From: a virus
Lineage: Duplodnaviria; Caudoviricetes
Strand: one strand, 5' to 3'
IMG/VR virus record: IMGVR_UViG_3300020463_000032
Span: 1-51,175 of that record
Length of the DNA stretch: 51,175 nt
Position 1 is the stretch's first letter. Each line of letters opens with the position of its first letter. The notes below the pieces were generated by a model that did no database searches, was not told the origin of the DNA, and was given only the letters and a program-made list of their open reading frames with translations. The position numbers were made by a program, and so were the translations under genes. Of this stretch, positions 28,288-37,010 are shown piece after piece.

Positions 28288-28327
28288 TAATTAAGTTTAT
28301 TCTATTAATTTAGAATAAACTTAATTA
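28288..28327. repeat. Perfect 17-bp AT-rich inverted repeat
   Basis: TAATTAAGTTTATTCTA-ttaatt-TAGAATAAACTTAATTA. Confidence 0.95.
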
Positions 28328-28355
28328 CAGTTCTGAGAAACTTTTCAGTTTACTT

Positions 28356-30122
28356 TTACAAAGGATTATTAGAAAGGATGCCCGTAAGTCTCTTCATCGA
28401 TTTGTGAGGTCTGGACTTTCCTGATGGAGAAGCCGAAGGAGGTTCGACCGCTACTAAACCGTGTCTTTGGCGAGCGACATCTAGACATAAGAAAGCTGCG
28501 TCAGCTAAGTCAGGGCTTTTGCCGAACCTAGATTTAAATTCTACTTTAGATTCCATCTTCATCCTAAGACTCGATCCTTTGATCATGTCATATTTTCTCC
28601 CTGTTATTTCTTGAGCTAGGTCTGTTGATACACCGAACAGTTGTTTAGTCCTTATTAATTCCTTTCCAACAAACCAAAGTTCGGTTACCCTATTAGTATA
28701 TAATTCATGTGCTGCTTTTTTACTATTAGCACTGACTTTTTTATCCGTAGCCTTCCCTCCAAATGACACCCGAAGAATATCATCACTCCACTCTCCTGCC
28801 AGCAAGTCACATAGAGGAGCTCCAGCACCTGTCGCGTCTACTCCAAGATCAAGAGGAAGAACTCCCCGCTTCTCACATTCCCGACGAACCTGCTGAACAA
28901 CCTGATAACTCCTTGGGGTACTCTTGTTGGTGGCATCGTCATTGATTTGGACGGATTCTCCTAATTCACATACATATTGGCCTGACGTATCATAGCCAAC
29001 CTTGCCAAATACTAGCATACAGCGGTCACCTGAATTAGTAAACGCGGGGTCAAATCCACATATATTTACAGGGCTGCCTTTCCATTGTACCTGCCTCATG
29101 GACCCTGAGCTTGCTAGTTCTGCTTCAGTATATACACCTTCTGCTTCATCGCTATCGAAGAAAACAGCACGTACCATCCGCATATAACCTCTACTAGTAG
29201 GGCCTAATAAGGCTTTATCTTCGTTTAGTTTTTCCGTTGTTGGTAACCAAGGGTATAGTACTTCGTCAGCTAAAACATTAGGAGATCTCTCTGCATCGAA
29301 TCTAATATAAGTACCACCCCACTTTGTTTCCCATGTGTCAGCAGAGTTTGTATCTACTGAATCCCATCCACCTTTAGGTTCTGAGAAAACTCCGAAGGCA
29401 TCGAATCGAGATGATGGGTTACTAAGAGCGACTAGAGAAAAAGAAGGGTTCTTAGATAAGTTTGATAGCGAAGCTTGCAAGATACTTTCACTTAATTCAG
29501 ATAGCTCATCTCCAATCAGTATGACTTTCTTTTGTTTAATACCAATAAGTTTACCTATAGCATCTTTAGTTCTGCTTCTTTCTGACGCTATCAAAGATAA
29601 TCCCGCTTTCTCTACAAGATTACCTGATGGCGTAACGTAACAAGCGTTACCTATACTGTCTCTAATTCTTATAGGTGCTAAACCCTCAAGAGGTAATAAC
29701 AAACTGATCACTGATCCCCAAATCCTTTTCCTTGCTTCACGAAGCGTGGTTGATGTTAAAAGAATCAGAGTATCTTGGGGTTGAGCTAACCAACTTATAA
29801 CTCCCCACGCAGCAAGTGTATGTGATTTACCTGAAGAGGCTGCTCCTCCTATAGCAACATACTTGTTTTCAATAACAGCCCTGATCATTTCTTCTGCCCA
29901 CGGATGTCTAACCATCAAGGGTTCAGCTACTAAATCAGGGTTATTAAACAACTCATCACACAATCTCCAAAAATAATATTCCCTAGCGTCATGATCTGTG
30001 TGGTGGTGAAACCCATACAATAAAGCTGTTAAAGTGTTTGTAGGAGGTAAAATAAAACCACCAACATCCATTTTTTGTTTGCTATTTATCCGTGGTTCGA
30101 ATTTAAAGTTCTTTTTAGTCAC
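28356..30122 (-). CDS. terL: Terminase large subunit
   Basis: Walker A GAASSGKS, Walker B ILIGDE, LSNP, nuclease GFDPA, GVDATG and SPDLADA motifs. Confidence 0.9.
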   Translation of the reverse strand: MTKKNFKFEPRINSKQKMDVGGFILPPTNTLTALLYGFHHHTDHDAREYYFWRLCDELFNNPDLVAEPLMVRHPWAEEMIRAVIENKYVAIGGAASSGKSHTLAAWGVISWLAQPQDTLILLTSTTLREARKRIWGSVISLLLPLEGLAPIRIRDSIGNACYVTPSGNLVEKAGLSLIASERSRTKDAIGKLIGIKQKKVILIGDELSELSESILQASLSNLSKNPSFSLVALSNPSSRFDAFGVFSEPKGGWDSVDTNSADTWETKWGGTYIRFDAERSPNVLADEVLYPWLPTTEKLNEDKALLGPTSRGYMRMVRAVFFDSDEAEGVYTEAELASSGSMRQVQWKGSPVNICGFDPAFTNSGDRCMLVFGKVGYDTSGQYVCELGESVQINDDATNKSTPRSYQVVQQVRRECEKRGVLPLDLGVDATGAGAPLCDLLAGEWSDDILRVSFGGKATDKKVSANSKKAAHELYTNRVTELWFVGKELIRTKQLFGVSTDLAQEITGRKYDMIKGSSLRMKMESKVEFKSRFGKSPDLADAAFLCLDVARQRHGLVAVEPPSASPSGKSRPHKSMKRLTGILSNNPL

Positions 30123-30149
30123 ACTTGAAATTTAGTAGTTATAAAGGTA

Positions 30150-30740
30150 ATGTTAATTACTTTGTCAAAAAAGTCTAAAAAAGATATTTTACTAGAACGA
30201 GCTCTCGAAATGATAAGTGCTGGATATAAGCACGTAAATATATGTAAAGAGTTGGATATACATCCGTCTACGCTTAGGCGGTGGTTACGTAAAAAGGGGA
30301 TCAAAGCTAAAGAAGAACCTAAAGAACCAAAGAAACTCGATGTTGTTCAAGCCGTTTTAGATAAAGAGCTAGAAAAAAAAACCGATGATGCAATAAAGAT
30401 TGCTAAACATGACGCAAGGAAAGCTGAAGACGAAGCTATGATGGAAATCGCTGAATCTCAAAGTAGCCCTGCTGAAAAATATCAATCTTATATAGCTGCT
30501 GCGGGTATTAAACTGTTAAGAGATTCTGTAAAAAATCTAAGAGGACCTAAGACAGTTCGCGAACTATCAGAACTAGATCAGTTGATAAGAAGGAACTTAG
30601 GTTTAAATGCAAAGAATGCAGGAGGAGCAGGTAAAGTACAAATAGACATTAGCATTTTACATAACACCAAAGCCGATAGGGGCAATGGGTCAATAAAAAT
30701 AAAAGACGAAGATATAATAGATGCCGAAGAAGCCGAATGA
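30150..30740 (+). CDS. HTH protein, possible terminase small subunit
   Basis: N-terminal HTH ICKELDIHPSTLRRW, helical middle, IIDAE tail; divergent from terL. Confidence 0.6.
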   Translation: MLITLSKKSKKDILLERALEMISAGYKHVNICKELDIHPSTLRRWLRKKGIKAKEEPKEPKKLDVVQAVLDKELEKKTDDAIKIAKHDARKAEDEAMMEIAESQSSPAEKYQSYIAAAGIKLLRDSVKNLRGPKTVRELSELDQLIRRNLGLNAKNAGGAGKVQIDISILHNTKADRGNGSIKIKDEDIIDAEEAE

Positions 30741-30984
30741 GTTTGAGATCGAAGAAGATGCTGAATCTGTTTTGTTATTGTATGCAGGACTGGAGGACGC
30801 TTTCATTGGTACTGTAGAGCAGTATGGCAGACCTCCTATAGCATGTTATAGTAAAACTATAACACTTGAGCTTTTGCAAAAGAACTATGAGTTAACGGAG
30901 AAACAAGCCATTGAAAAGTTTGAGTTTGAATATTTACAAAACAATTTTGAAGAAGCAACCCCATGTTGGCTGGACGACATATAA
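30721..30984 (+). CDS. Small acidic hypothetical protein, paralogue of 39175..39456
   Basis: LEDAFIG...PPIACYS...AIEKF pattern. Confidence 0.8.
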   Translation: MPKKPNEFEIEEDAESVLLLYAGLEDAFIGTVEQYGRPPIACYSKTITLELLQKNYELTEKQAIEKFEFEYLQNNFEEATPCWLDDI

Positions 30985-31229
30985 AACCAATACCTCTTTT
31001 TCATAATAAAAAAGTTGTTTCAAATCCTTGGATTGTTAAAAGAGAGGACCTACCTCCCTCTGACTTTACTTTTTGTTGTGACTTAATAGCAGGAGAATAT
31101 TATTTAGTTATACCTGCAACAGCAAGAGAAGTCGGTTTTCTTCAACTACTACAAAAAAACATAGATTGTTTTTTACCTATGGAAGGGGACGGTCTTCTAA
31201 TTACTAAAAGATGTTTAGATGGATATTGA
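30963..31229 (+). CDS. Hypothetical protein
   Basis: Overlaps both neighbours in the operon. Confidence 0.65.
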   Translation: MLAGRHIKPIPLFHNKKVVSNPWIVKREDLPPSDFTFCCDLIAGEYYLVIPATAREVGFLQLLQKNIDCFLPMEGDGLLITKRCLDGY

Positions 31230-31743
31230 TGAAGAAGACGTAATCGTTGGAGTTGATAACGGACTTAATGGCGGGCTAGTAGCTATCTCTCGTTATACAG
31301 GTGGAGTGATTGCAAAAACTGTTATGCCTACTTTAGTTAGAGGTAAAAAGAAAGAAGTAGATATTTACAAAGTATATCAATGGGTACTCAGTTTAGACTC
31401 TCGATTTATATTTGCAGTCGAAGAACCTTTGCACCACGCTAAATCTTCTCAAGCTGTTAGGTCTATGGGTATTTCTTTTGGTAAACTATTAGGGTTAGCC
31501 GAAACTAAACAGTGGAATCTTAGACGAGTAAAAGTACACAACTGGCAACATTCAATGTTAGGCCATTTAAGAGCCCCCTATAATACAAAGAAAGCTGCAT
31601 TAGGTGTAGCTAATCTACTAGCTCCTGATGAGTGTTGGTTAAAAAATAAACGGTGTTCTATAGCACATGACGGTATGGTGGATGCTTTTTTAATAGCTCA
31701 ATTCATACGAAAAGGGTATAAATTATTAGACGGTCGTATTTAA
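31219..31743 (+). CDS. RuvC-like Holliday junction resolvase
   Basis: VGVDNGLNGG, AVEE and HDGMVDAFLIA acidic RNase H-fold motifs. Confidence 0.85.
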   Translation: MDIDEEDVIVGVDNGLNGGLVAISRYTGGVIAKTVMPTLVRGKKKEVDIYKVYQWVLSLDSRFIFAVEEPLHHAKSSQAVRSMGISFGKLLGLAETKQWNLRRVKVHNWQHSMLGHLRAPYNTKKAALGVANLLAPDECWLKNKRCSIAHDGMVDAFLIAQFIRKGYKLLDGRI

Positions 31744-31797
31744 GTTTAATTTTTTCTAGACATAATTACCTAAAAGGATTATTAAGAGATCCTCTCT

Positions 31798-33093
31798 ATG
31801 AAAACTTTGTTCCCCAAACAAGAAGAGGCTTGTTCTTTTTTTGTAGATAAACAGTCCCAACAAATTAATACGATTGATACCAGTGAAGTAGGTACAGGTA
31901 AAACTGTTGTATCTGCTCACTTAGCTAAAAGACTTAGTGTACCTATTGCTGTTATTTGCCCTAAGTCAGTTATACCTTCGTGGGAAAGAGAGCTAAAAGA
32001 AGTGGGGATAACTCCACTATTCGTTTATAACTATGAAGCTATTCGTAGAGGTAAACCTCCTTACTTACATAAAAAAGGTAAGAAGATAATGACATGGAAC
32101 ATGCCTCCTAACACATTAGTTCTTATTGACGAGATACATAAATGCAAAGGGGCGTTCACACAAAATGCACAACTTGTTATTAGCTTAGTTCAACAAGGTT
32201 TTTCAGTTCATGGAATGTCTGCTACATCCTGTGAAGACCCAACTGAAATGAGATCTTTAGGTTATATGTTGGGGTTACATAACTTAAACAAAACAGAGGG
32301 AGTAAAGTTTAGTTGGTATAGTTGGATGAAGAAGAATGGTTGTGTGCAAGACCAGTGGAAACAATGGAGGTTATCTAAGAAAGCTTCTCTGCAAAGTATT
32401 AAAGAAAAGATCTATGGAGTTGTAGGTAGCAAACTAACAGTACAAGATTTTCCTGACAGTTTTAAAAACAACAGAGTGTTTATTGAATATACAGAGTTTG
32501 CGGAAAAAGAATCTATTCAAGCTATCTACGATGAGTTTGAGCTAACACCTGATGTAGTAGAGAACTACATAGATGGTACAATCAACAGCGATGACAGTGA
32601 AATAATCCTTGTAAAAATACTACGAGCCCGTCAGTTAACTGAACTATGTAAAATACCCGACCTCGTAAACATGGCTAAAGATTTGAAGGATCAGGGAAAC
32701 TCCGTAGTTATATTTGTTAACTTCAAAGACACGGTAGACCTACTAGCTAAAAAACTTTCGTGCAAAACAATACAAGGAGGTCAGTCTGTGCAAGAAAGAC
32801 AATCCAATGTTGATGAATTCCAAGAAGACAAAAACCACATTCTTGTAGTTAACATAGCAGCAGGAGGTACGGGTCTTTCTTTACACGACACTTTAGGTAA
32901 AAGACCACGAGTTAGTTTGATATGTCCATCATACTCTGCTAAAGAATATGCCCAGACATTAGGACGTATTCATAGAAACGGGGCGAAGTCAGATGCCGTA
33001 CAAAAAGTTTTAATATCCGAAGGATCTATTGAGGAGCATGTGATAAAAGCAGTAAACAGAAAATTAGATAACTTAAAAGAACTACATGGATAA
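31798..33093 (+). CDS. SF2 (SNF2-like) helicase
   Basis: VGTGKT, DEIH, SAT, GGTGLSL, QTLGRIHR. Confidence 0.92.
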   Translation: MKTLFPKQEEACSFFVDKQSQQINTIDTSEVGTGKTVVSAHLAKRLSVPIAVICPKSVIPSWERELKEVGITPLFVYNYEAIRRGKPPYLHKKGKKIMTWNMPPNTLVLIDEIHKCKGAFTQNAQLVISLVQQGFSVHGMSATSCEDPTEMRSLGYMLGLHNLNKTEGVKFSWYSWMKKNGCVQDQWKQWRLSKKASLQSIKEKIYGVVGSKLTVQDFPDSFKNNRVFIEYTEFAEKESIQAIYDEFELTPDVVENYIDGTINSDDSEIILVKILRARQLTELCKIPDLVNMAKDLKDQGNSVVIFVNFKDTVDLLAKKLSCKTIQGGQSVQERQSNVDEFQEDKNHILVVNIAAGGTGLSLHDTLGKRPRVSLICPSYSAKEYAQTLGRIHRNGAKSDAVQKVLISEGSIEEHVIKAVNRKLDNLKELHG

Positions 33094-34204
33094 TACACCC
33101 GACCACGGAAGTAGGGGACATGCGGAGTTCTCCCCCTCAAGTTTAAAATACGTAGCAGGATGTGCAGGATACGAAGGTAGGTCAGGTACAAATGCCGCAG
33201 CGGAAAAAGGAACTCGAATACACGAAGCTTTAGAAGTTAGAGATCCCTCTGCATTGCATGATGAAGAAGAGGTTGAGATATATGATATGATTGTAGCCGA
33301 TGAGAAAGCTTTCAACGAAAGTTTTTTTGGTAACAATCCTTATGATGAACTCAACGAGATCCAAGTTCAAGTTGATCTACAAGGAACCGAAACGTGGGGG
33401 ACCTGTGATAGGTTTTTAGTTGCAGGAGATAAAGCCGTGATGGCTGACTACAAGACAGGGATTTCTAAGATAGACTCGCCCAAAGATAATTGGCAAGCCA
33501 AAGCTTATACTTTGGGAGCTTTTCAAGCTTTTCCTAAAGTCAACGAGATAGACTTTGTGTTTTATATACCTGTACGCTCTGAAGTTTTACATGACAAATT
33601 CACAAGAGCTGATATTCCTTTATTAACAAAAGAACTTAGTGAAGTAATTCAAAGGGGTGAGATGGTTAGACCGAAATGGAAAGGCGGAGTACCTGATCAT
33701 GATGAGCTAACTCCAACAGTTAACTGTAGGTTTTGTAAACACGAAGATCATTGTCCTGCTTTAGGAGGGCTCGCTTTAGAAGTCGCCTCGAAAGTTGCAG
33801 GGGAGCCATTACCAAACAAAGAAGATTTTGATTCTGATGATCCTGAAGTTTTAGAAAAGTTATGGGGCGTTGCTAAGGTTGTATCAAATTGGGCTGCAAG
33901 AATAAAAGCTAAAGCAGTAGAGCAAGCTAAAGAAGGTAAAGAGTTCCCAACTTTAAAACTTAAAAACATGGGAGCTACTAAAAAGTGTACTGACAATATA
34001 AGTATGTTAGAGATCGCAGAAACTTATGGCGTTACTGCTGAAGATTTATTAAGTGTATCTTCTTTACCAATAAAAAAGATAGCAGATCTAGTAGGTAAAA
34101 AATCGGACAGAGGAACTAAAAAAGAAAATTCAGATAATTTCCTTGCAGATCTTGAAGAAGCGGATATTATCAAAACTTCCGAGACGCGATTCACGCTCTC
34201 ATAA
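33086..34204 (+). CDS. Cas4-like PD-(D/E)XK exonuclease (DUF2800-type)
   Basis: SPSS...C, GTRIHE, GTCD, DYKTG, QAKAY, CRFC...CP. Confidence 0.88.
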   Translation: MDNTPDHGSRGHAEFSPSSLKYVAGCAGYEGRSGTNAAAEKGTRIHEALEVRDPSALHDEEEVEIYDMIVADEKAFNESFFGNNPYDELNEIQVQVDLQGTETWGTCDRFLVAGDKAVMADYKTGISKIDSPKDNWQAKAYTLGAFQAFPKVNEIDFVFYIPVRSEVLHDKFTRADIPLLTKELSEVIQRGEMVRPKWKGGVPDHDELTPTVNCRFCKHEDHCPALGGLALEVASKVAGEPLPNKEDFDSDDPEVLEKLWGVAKVVSNWAARIKAKAVEQAKEGKEFPTLKLKNMGATKKCTDNISMLEIAETYGVTAEDLLSVSSLPIKKIADLVGKKSDRGTKKENSDNFLADLEEADIIKTSETRFTLS

Positions 34205-34232
34205 GAAAATAAGAAAATAAGAAAATAAGAAA
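34201..34232 (+). repeat. (ATAAGAAA)4 tandem repeat forming a gene leader
   Basis: Four copies fill the gap before the ATG at 34235. Confidence 0.9.
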
Positions 34233-34234
34233 AA

Positions 34235-34873
34235 ATGAGTAAAGCTAAATTAGCAACCGTTAAAGAAGAGTTAGCAGAGGTATCAGATCCACCAAAGTTA
34301 GCTATCACCGCGAGCGATATTGAAATTCCTCGCCTTAATATAATTCAATCATCTAGTGAAATTGCAGGAGATGCAGGTTCAGTAGTGCTTGATAGAACAA
34401 CAACTATCCTTGAGCCTGATAAGGAATGCCAAGTCATACCTGTTAATGCTCTTAAAGGGTGGAGAGAAAACGTACCTTTTGGTTCTCCTGAAATGCCTCG
34501 CATAGCGTGGAATGAAGAAGAAAAGAAAGAGATTGAATCTGACAGTGAGTTCGGCACGATTGAATTTGCAGAAATCATTTTGCTTTTTCCAATGCCTAAA
34601 GGTGCAGATGAGGAATTGTACCCGTATCCTATCGGAGAAGACCAGTACGCATTAGGTAAACTAAATGTAGCTAAAGATGCTTTTAGATGTACCTATAAAA
34701 GACTGGCAACTTTTTCTGCTTTTAATGATGATCCGTTATGCTCAAGAGCTTGGAACTTCAAAGCAGAATTATTAACAAGAGGAAGGCACTCATGGTTTGT
34801 TCCTTCATTAACGGTGTCCAAGGATAAATCTCCTGAAGACGTAAGTAGTTTTGTAACCCGCATCACAAGTTAA
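34235..34873 (+). CDS. Putative ssDNA-binding/annealing protein
   Basis: DIEIPRLNIIQ start and SWFVP end, between exonuclease and polymerase; function inferred from context. Confidence 0.55.
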   Translation: MSKAKLATVKEELAEVSDPPKLAITASDIEIPRLNIIQSSSEIAGDAGSVVLDRTTTILEPDKECQVIPVNALKGWRENVPFGSPEMPRIAWNEEEKKEIESDSEFGTIEFAEIILLFPMPKGADEELYPYPIGEDQYALGKLNVAKDAFRCTYKRLATFSAFNDDPLCSRAWNFKAELLTRGRHSWFVPSLTVSKDKSPEDVSSFVTRITS

Positions 34874-34875
34874 TT

Positions 34876-35112
34876 ATGTCAGAAGAAAACACAGAGAGAA
34901 TTATTGAAGACGAACAGCTTGTTATACACGGTGAGTTAACTCAACTCAGCGGAATAATAGACGAAGTAAACGTAAAAATTGAAGAGCTTAAAGCTACGCG
35001 GAAAAAAATGATGACGCTTAAAGGAGTGTTTGAAGAGGTCGCAGAAAGCCGAAAGCTAGATCTTAAACAAGTAGAGCTTGATCTGGAAGAATCCCTACCA
35101 AATCCTGATTAA
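34876..35112 (+). CDS. Small coiled-coil protein
   Basis: 78-aa ORF with heptad pattern. Confidence 0.75.
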   Translation: MSEENTERIIEDEQLVIHGELTQLSGIIDEVNVKIEELKATRKKMMTLKGVFEEVAESRKLDLKQVELDLEESLPNPD

Positions 35113-35123
35113 GTCTTAAACAC

Positions 35124-35229
35124 TTTACGTAGTCATACGTAAAAAACAGGAGCTCCGTTTCAGTGAGTTCCTTCATAGTATGAGAGGGATCGCCTACTCC
35201 TGTTCGTGGGGGGCAGGGGTAGGCAACTC
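35124..35229 (+). promoter_or_regulatory. Structured leader of the DNA polymerase gene
   Basis: Hairpin 35124-35143; GAGTT/AACTC closes two hairpins, including the 14-bp stem 35192-35224. Confidence 0.55.
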
Positions 35230-35231
35230 TC

Positions 35232-37010
35232 ATGAAATTTCCTCTTATGAAAACATTTGCTTTAGACTTTGAAACTTACTACGACAAGGATTGTAGTATT
35301 AAAAAATTAGGTTTTAACTGTTACTTTTCTCATCCTGATTTCGACGCATATAAACTTAGTGTCGTAGGAGACGACGGCACTTCTTTTGTTGGCTGTCCTA
35401 AAGAAGGATTTGACTGGTCGATTCTTGAAGGACATAGGGTCCTAGCGCACAACGCATCTTTCGATGAATCTTTATATTTGTTTGGGGTAAATAAAGGTTG
35501 GTGGCCGAGTGTTAAATATGCAGAGTGGCATTGCACCGCAGACCTAGCAGCTTACTGTGGGTTACCTAGATCTCTTAAAGGAGCTACCTCTGTGCTATAC
35601 GATTTAGAAATGGATAAGTCTACCCGTGATAATATGGCGGGTAAGAGATGGGAAGACATGGATGAGGACTTTAAAAAAGAAGTCGATGAGTATGCTCTTA
35701 AAGATTCTGAATATTGTTTAGACTTATGGAGAGATTTACAAGATAAGTGGCCTGAAGCTGAAAGAGATATCAGTAGAATAAATAGACTGTGTATGCAGAG
35801 AGGAGTTCCGATTGATGCTGAAGAGCTTAAAAAACAAAAAGAGAACATAAACATAAAATTATTTGAAGCTGAGAATAACATCCCGTGGCTAGACACTGCT
35901 ACTCCATTATCTAGAAAAGCATTTAACGAAGAATGTAGGAAGATGGGGCTTGAGCCACCTGTTAGTTTATCCATGACCGACGACGACGCTAACGCATGGA
36001 TTAAAAAACACGGGCATGAGTACAAGTGGATTGGAGCTGTTCGAGACTATAGAAGAATTAACTCCCTTAAAAGAAAGTTAGAGTCTTTTGATAATGCCAC
36101 GATGGATGATGGCAGATACTACGGAGGGCTTATGTATTTTGGAGCTCATACAGGAAGGTTTAGTGGGTCAGGAGGTAACCTTAATTTACAAAACTTACCG
36201 CGAGGGGAACTCTTAGGTACAAATCTAAGAAAACTTATTTCGCCTAGCAAAGATAAAAAGCTTATCGTAGCTGACCTATCTCAAATTGAAGTTAGAACTT
36301 TATGTTGGTTATCTGAAGATACAGAAACTTTAGGAGTAATTAGAAACTCTGATGACATATACGAAGGCTTTGCATGCCAATTTAACTTATGGGATGAAAG
36401 CAAAGGATCATTAAAAGATGAAGACCCTAAGCTCCGCCATCGAGTAAAAACTATGGTACTTGGTTGTGGTTATGGTGTTAGTGCTAATAAATTTTCTATG
36501 ATCTCTGGTATGTCCATAGATGAGGCAATGCACTCTGTTAGGTTATATAGAACTTCTATGAAAAAAGTTGTGGGTTTGTGGAACACAATTCAACGTAAAT
36601 TGCACATAGCTTACTCTAGGAAAGAAGATTTTATTCTAGAGCTCCCCTCTGGAAGACAATTAAATTACGGGAAAATAAAGACAACTATTCAAAACAACAG
36701 ACGCAACTATGTTGCAATGCTGACTAAAGGATCTAAGAAGATTCCTATTAAGTTGTGGGGAGGTTTGCTTGCAGAAAATATATCTCAAGCCTTAGCAAGA
36801 GACATATTCGCAGACATGTTGGTCAGGTTAGAGCAAGCAGGACTTAAAGTAATCTTCCATGTTCATGACGAATTTGTAATTGAAATTGAAAAGGGAGGCT
36901 TTCAAAAAGGATTGGACAAAGTACTCAATATAATGAAAACTCCTCCACCGTGGATTTCCGATATCCCTCTTGATGCGGAAGGAAAAATAGTAACTGAATA
37001 TGAGAAGTAA
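35232..37010 (+). CDS. polA: Family A DNA polymerase with 3'-5' exonuclease
   Basis: LDFET, HNASFD, HTGR, NLQN, DLSQIE, RHRVKTMVLGCGYG, HVHDE; second Met at 35247 is an alternative start. Confidence 0.95.
   Translation: MKFPLMKTFALDFETYYDKDCSIKKLGFNCYFSHPDFDAYKLSVVGDDGTSFVGCPKEGFDWSILEGHRVLAHNASFDESLYLFGVNKGWWPSVKYAEWHCTADLAAYCGLPRSLKGATSVLYDLEMDKSTRDNMAGKRWEDMDEDFKKEVDEYALKDSEYCLDLWRDLQDKWPEAERDISRINRLCMQRGVPIDAEELKKQKENINIKLFEAENNIPWLDTATPLSRKAFNEECRKMGLEPPVSLSMTDDDANAWIKKHGHEYKWIGAVRDYRRINSLKRKLESFDNATMDDGRYYGGLMYFGAHTGRFSGSGGNLNLQNLPRGELLGTNLRKLISPSKDKKLIVADLSQIEVRTLCWLSEDTETLGVIRNSDDIYEGFACQFNLWDESKGSLKDEDPKLRHRVKTMVLGCGYGVSANKFSMISGMSIDEAMHSVRLYRTSMKKVVGLWNTIQRKLHIAYSRKEDFILELPSGRQLNYGKIKTTIQNNRRNYVAMLTKGSKKIPIKLWGGLLAENISQALARDIFADMLVRLEQAGLKVIFHVHDEFVIEIEKGGFQKGLDKVLNIMKTPPPWISDIPLDAEGKIVTEYEK

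Noticed and set aside
33086-34204. Cas4-like gene as evidence of a CRISPR-Cas system
   Set aside because: Sits in a standard phage helicase-exonuclease-polymerase block with no array or other cas genes.
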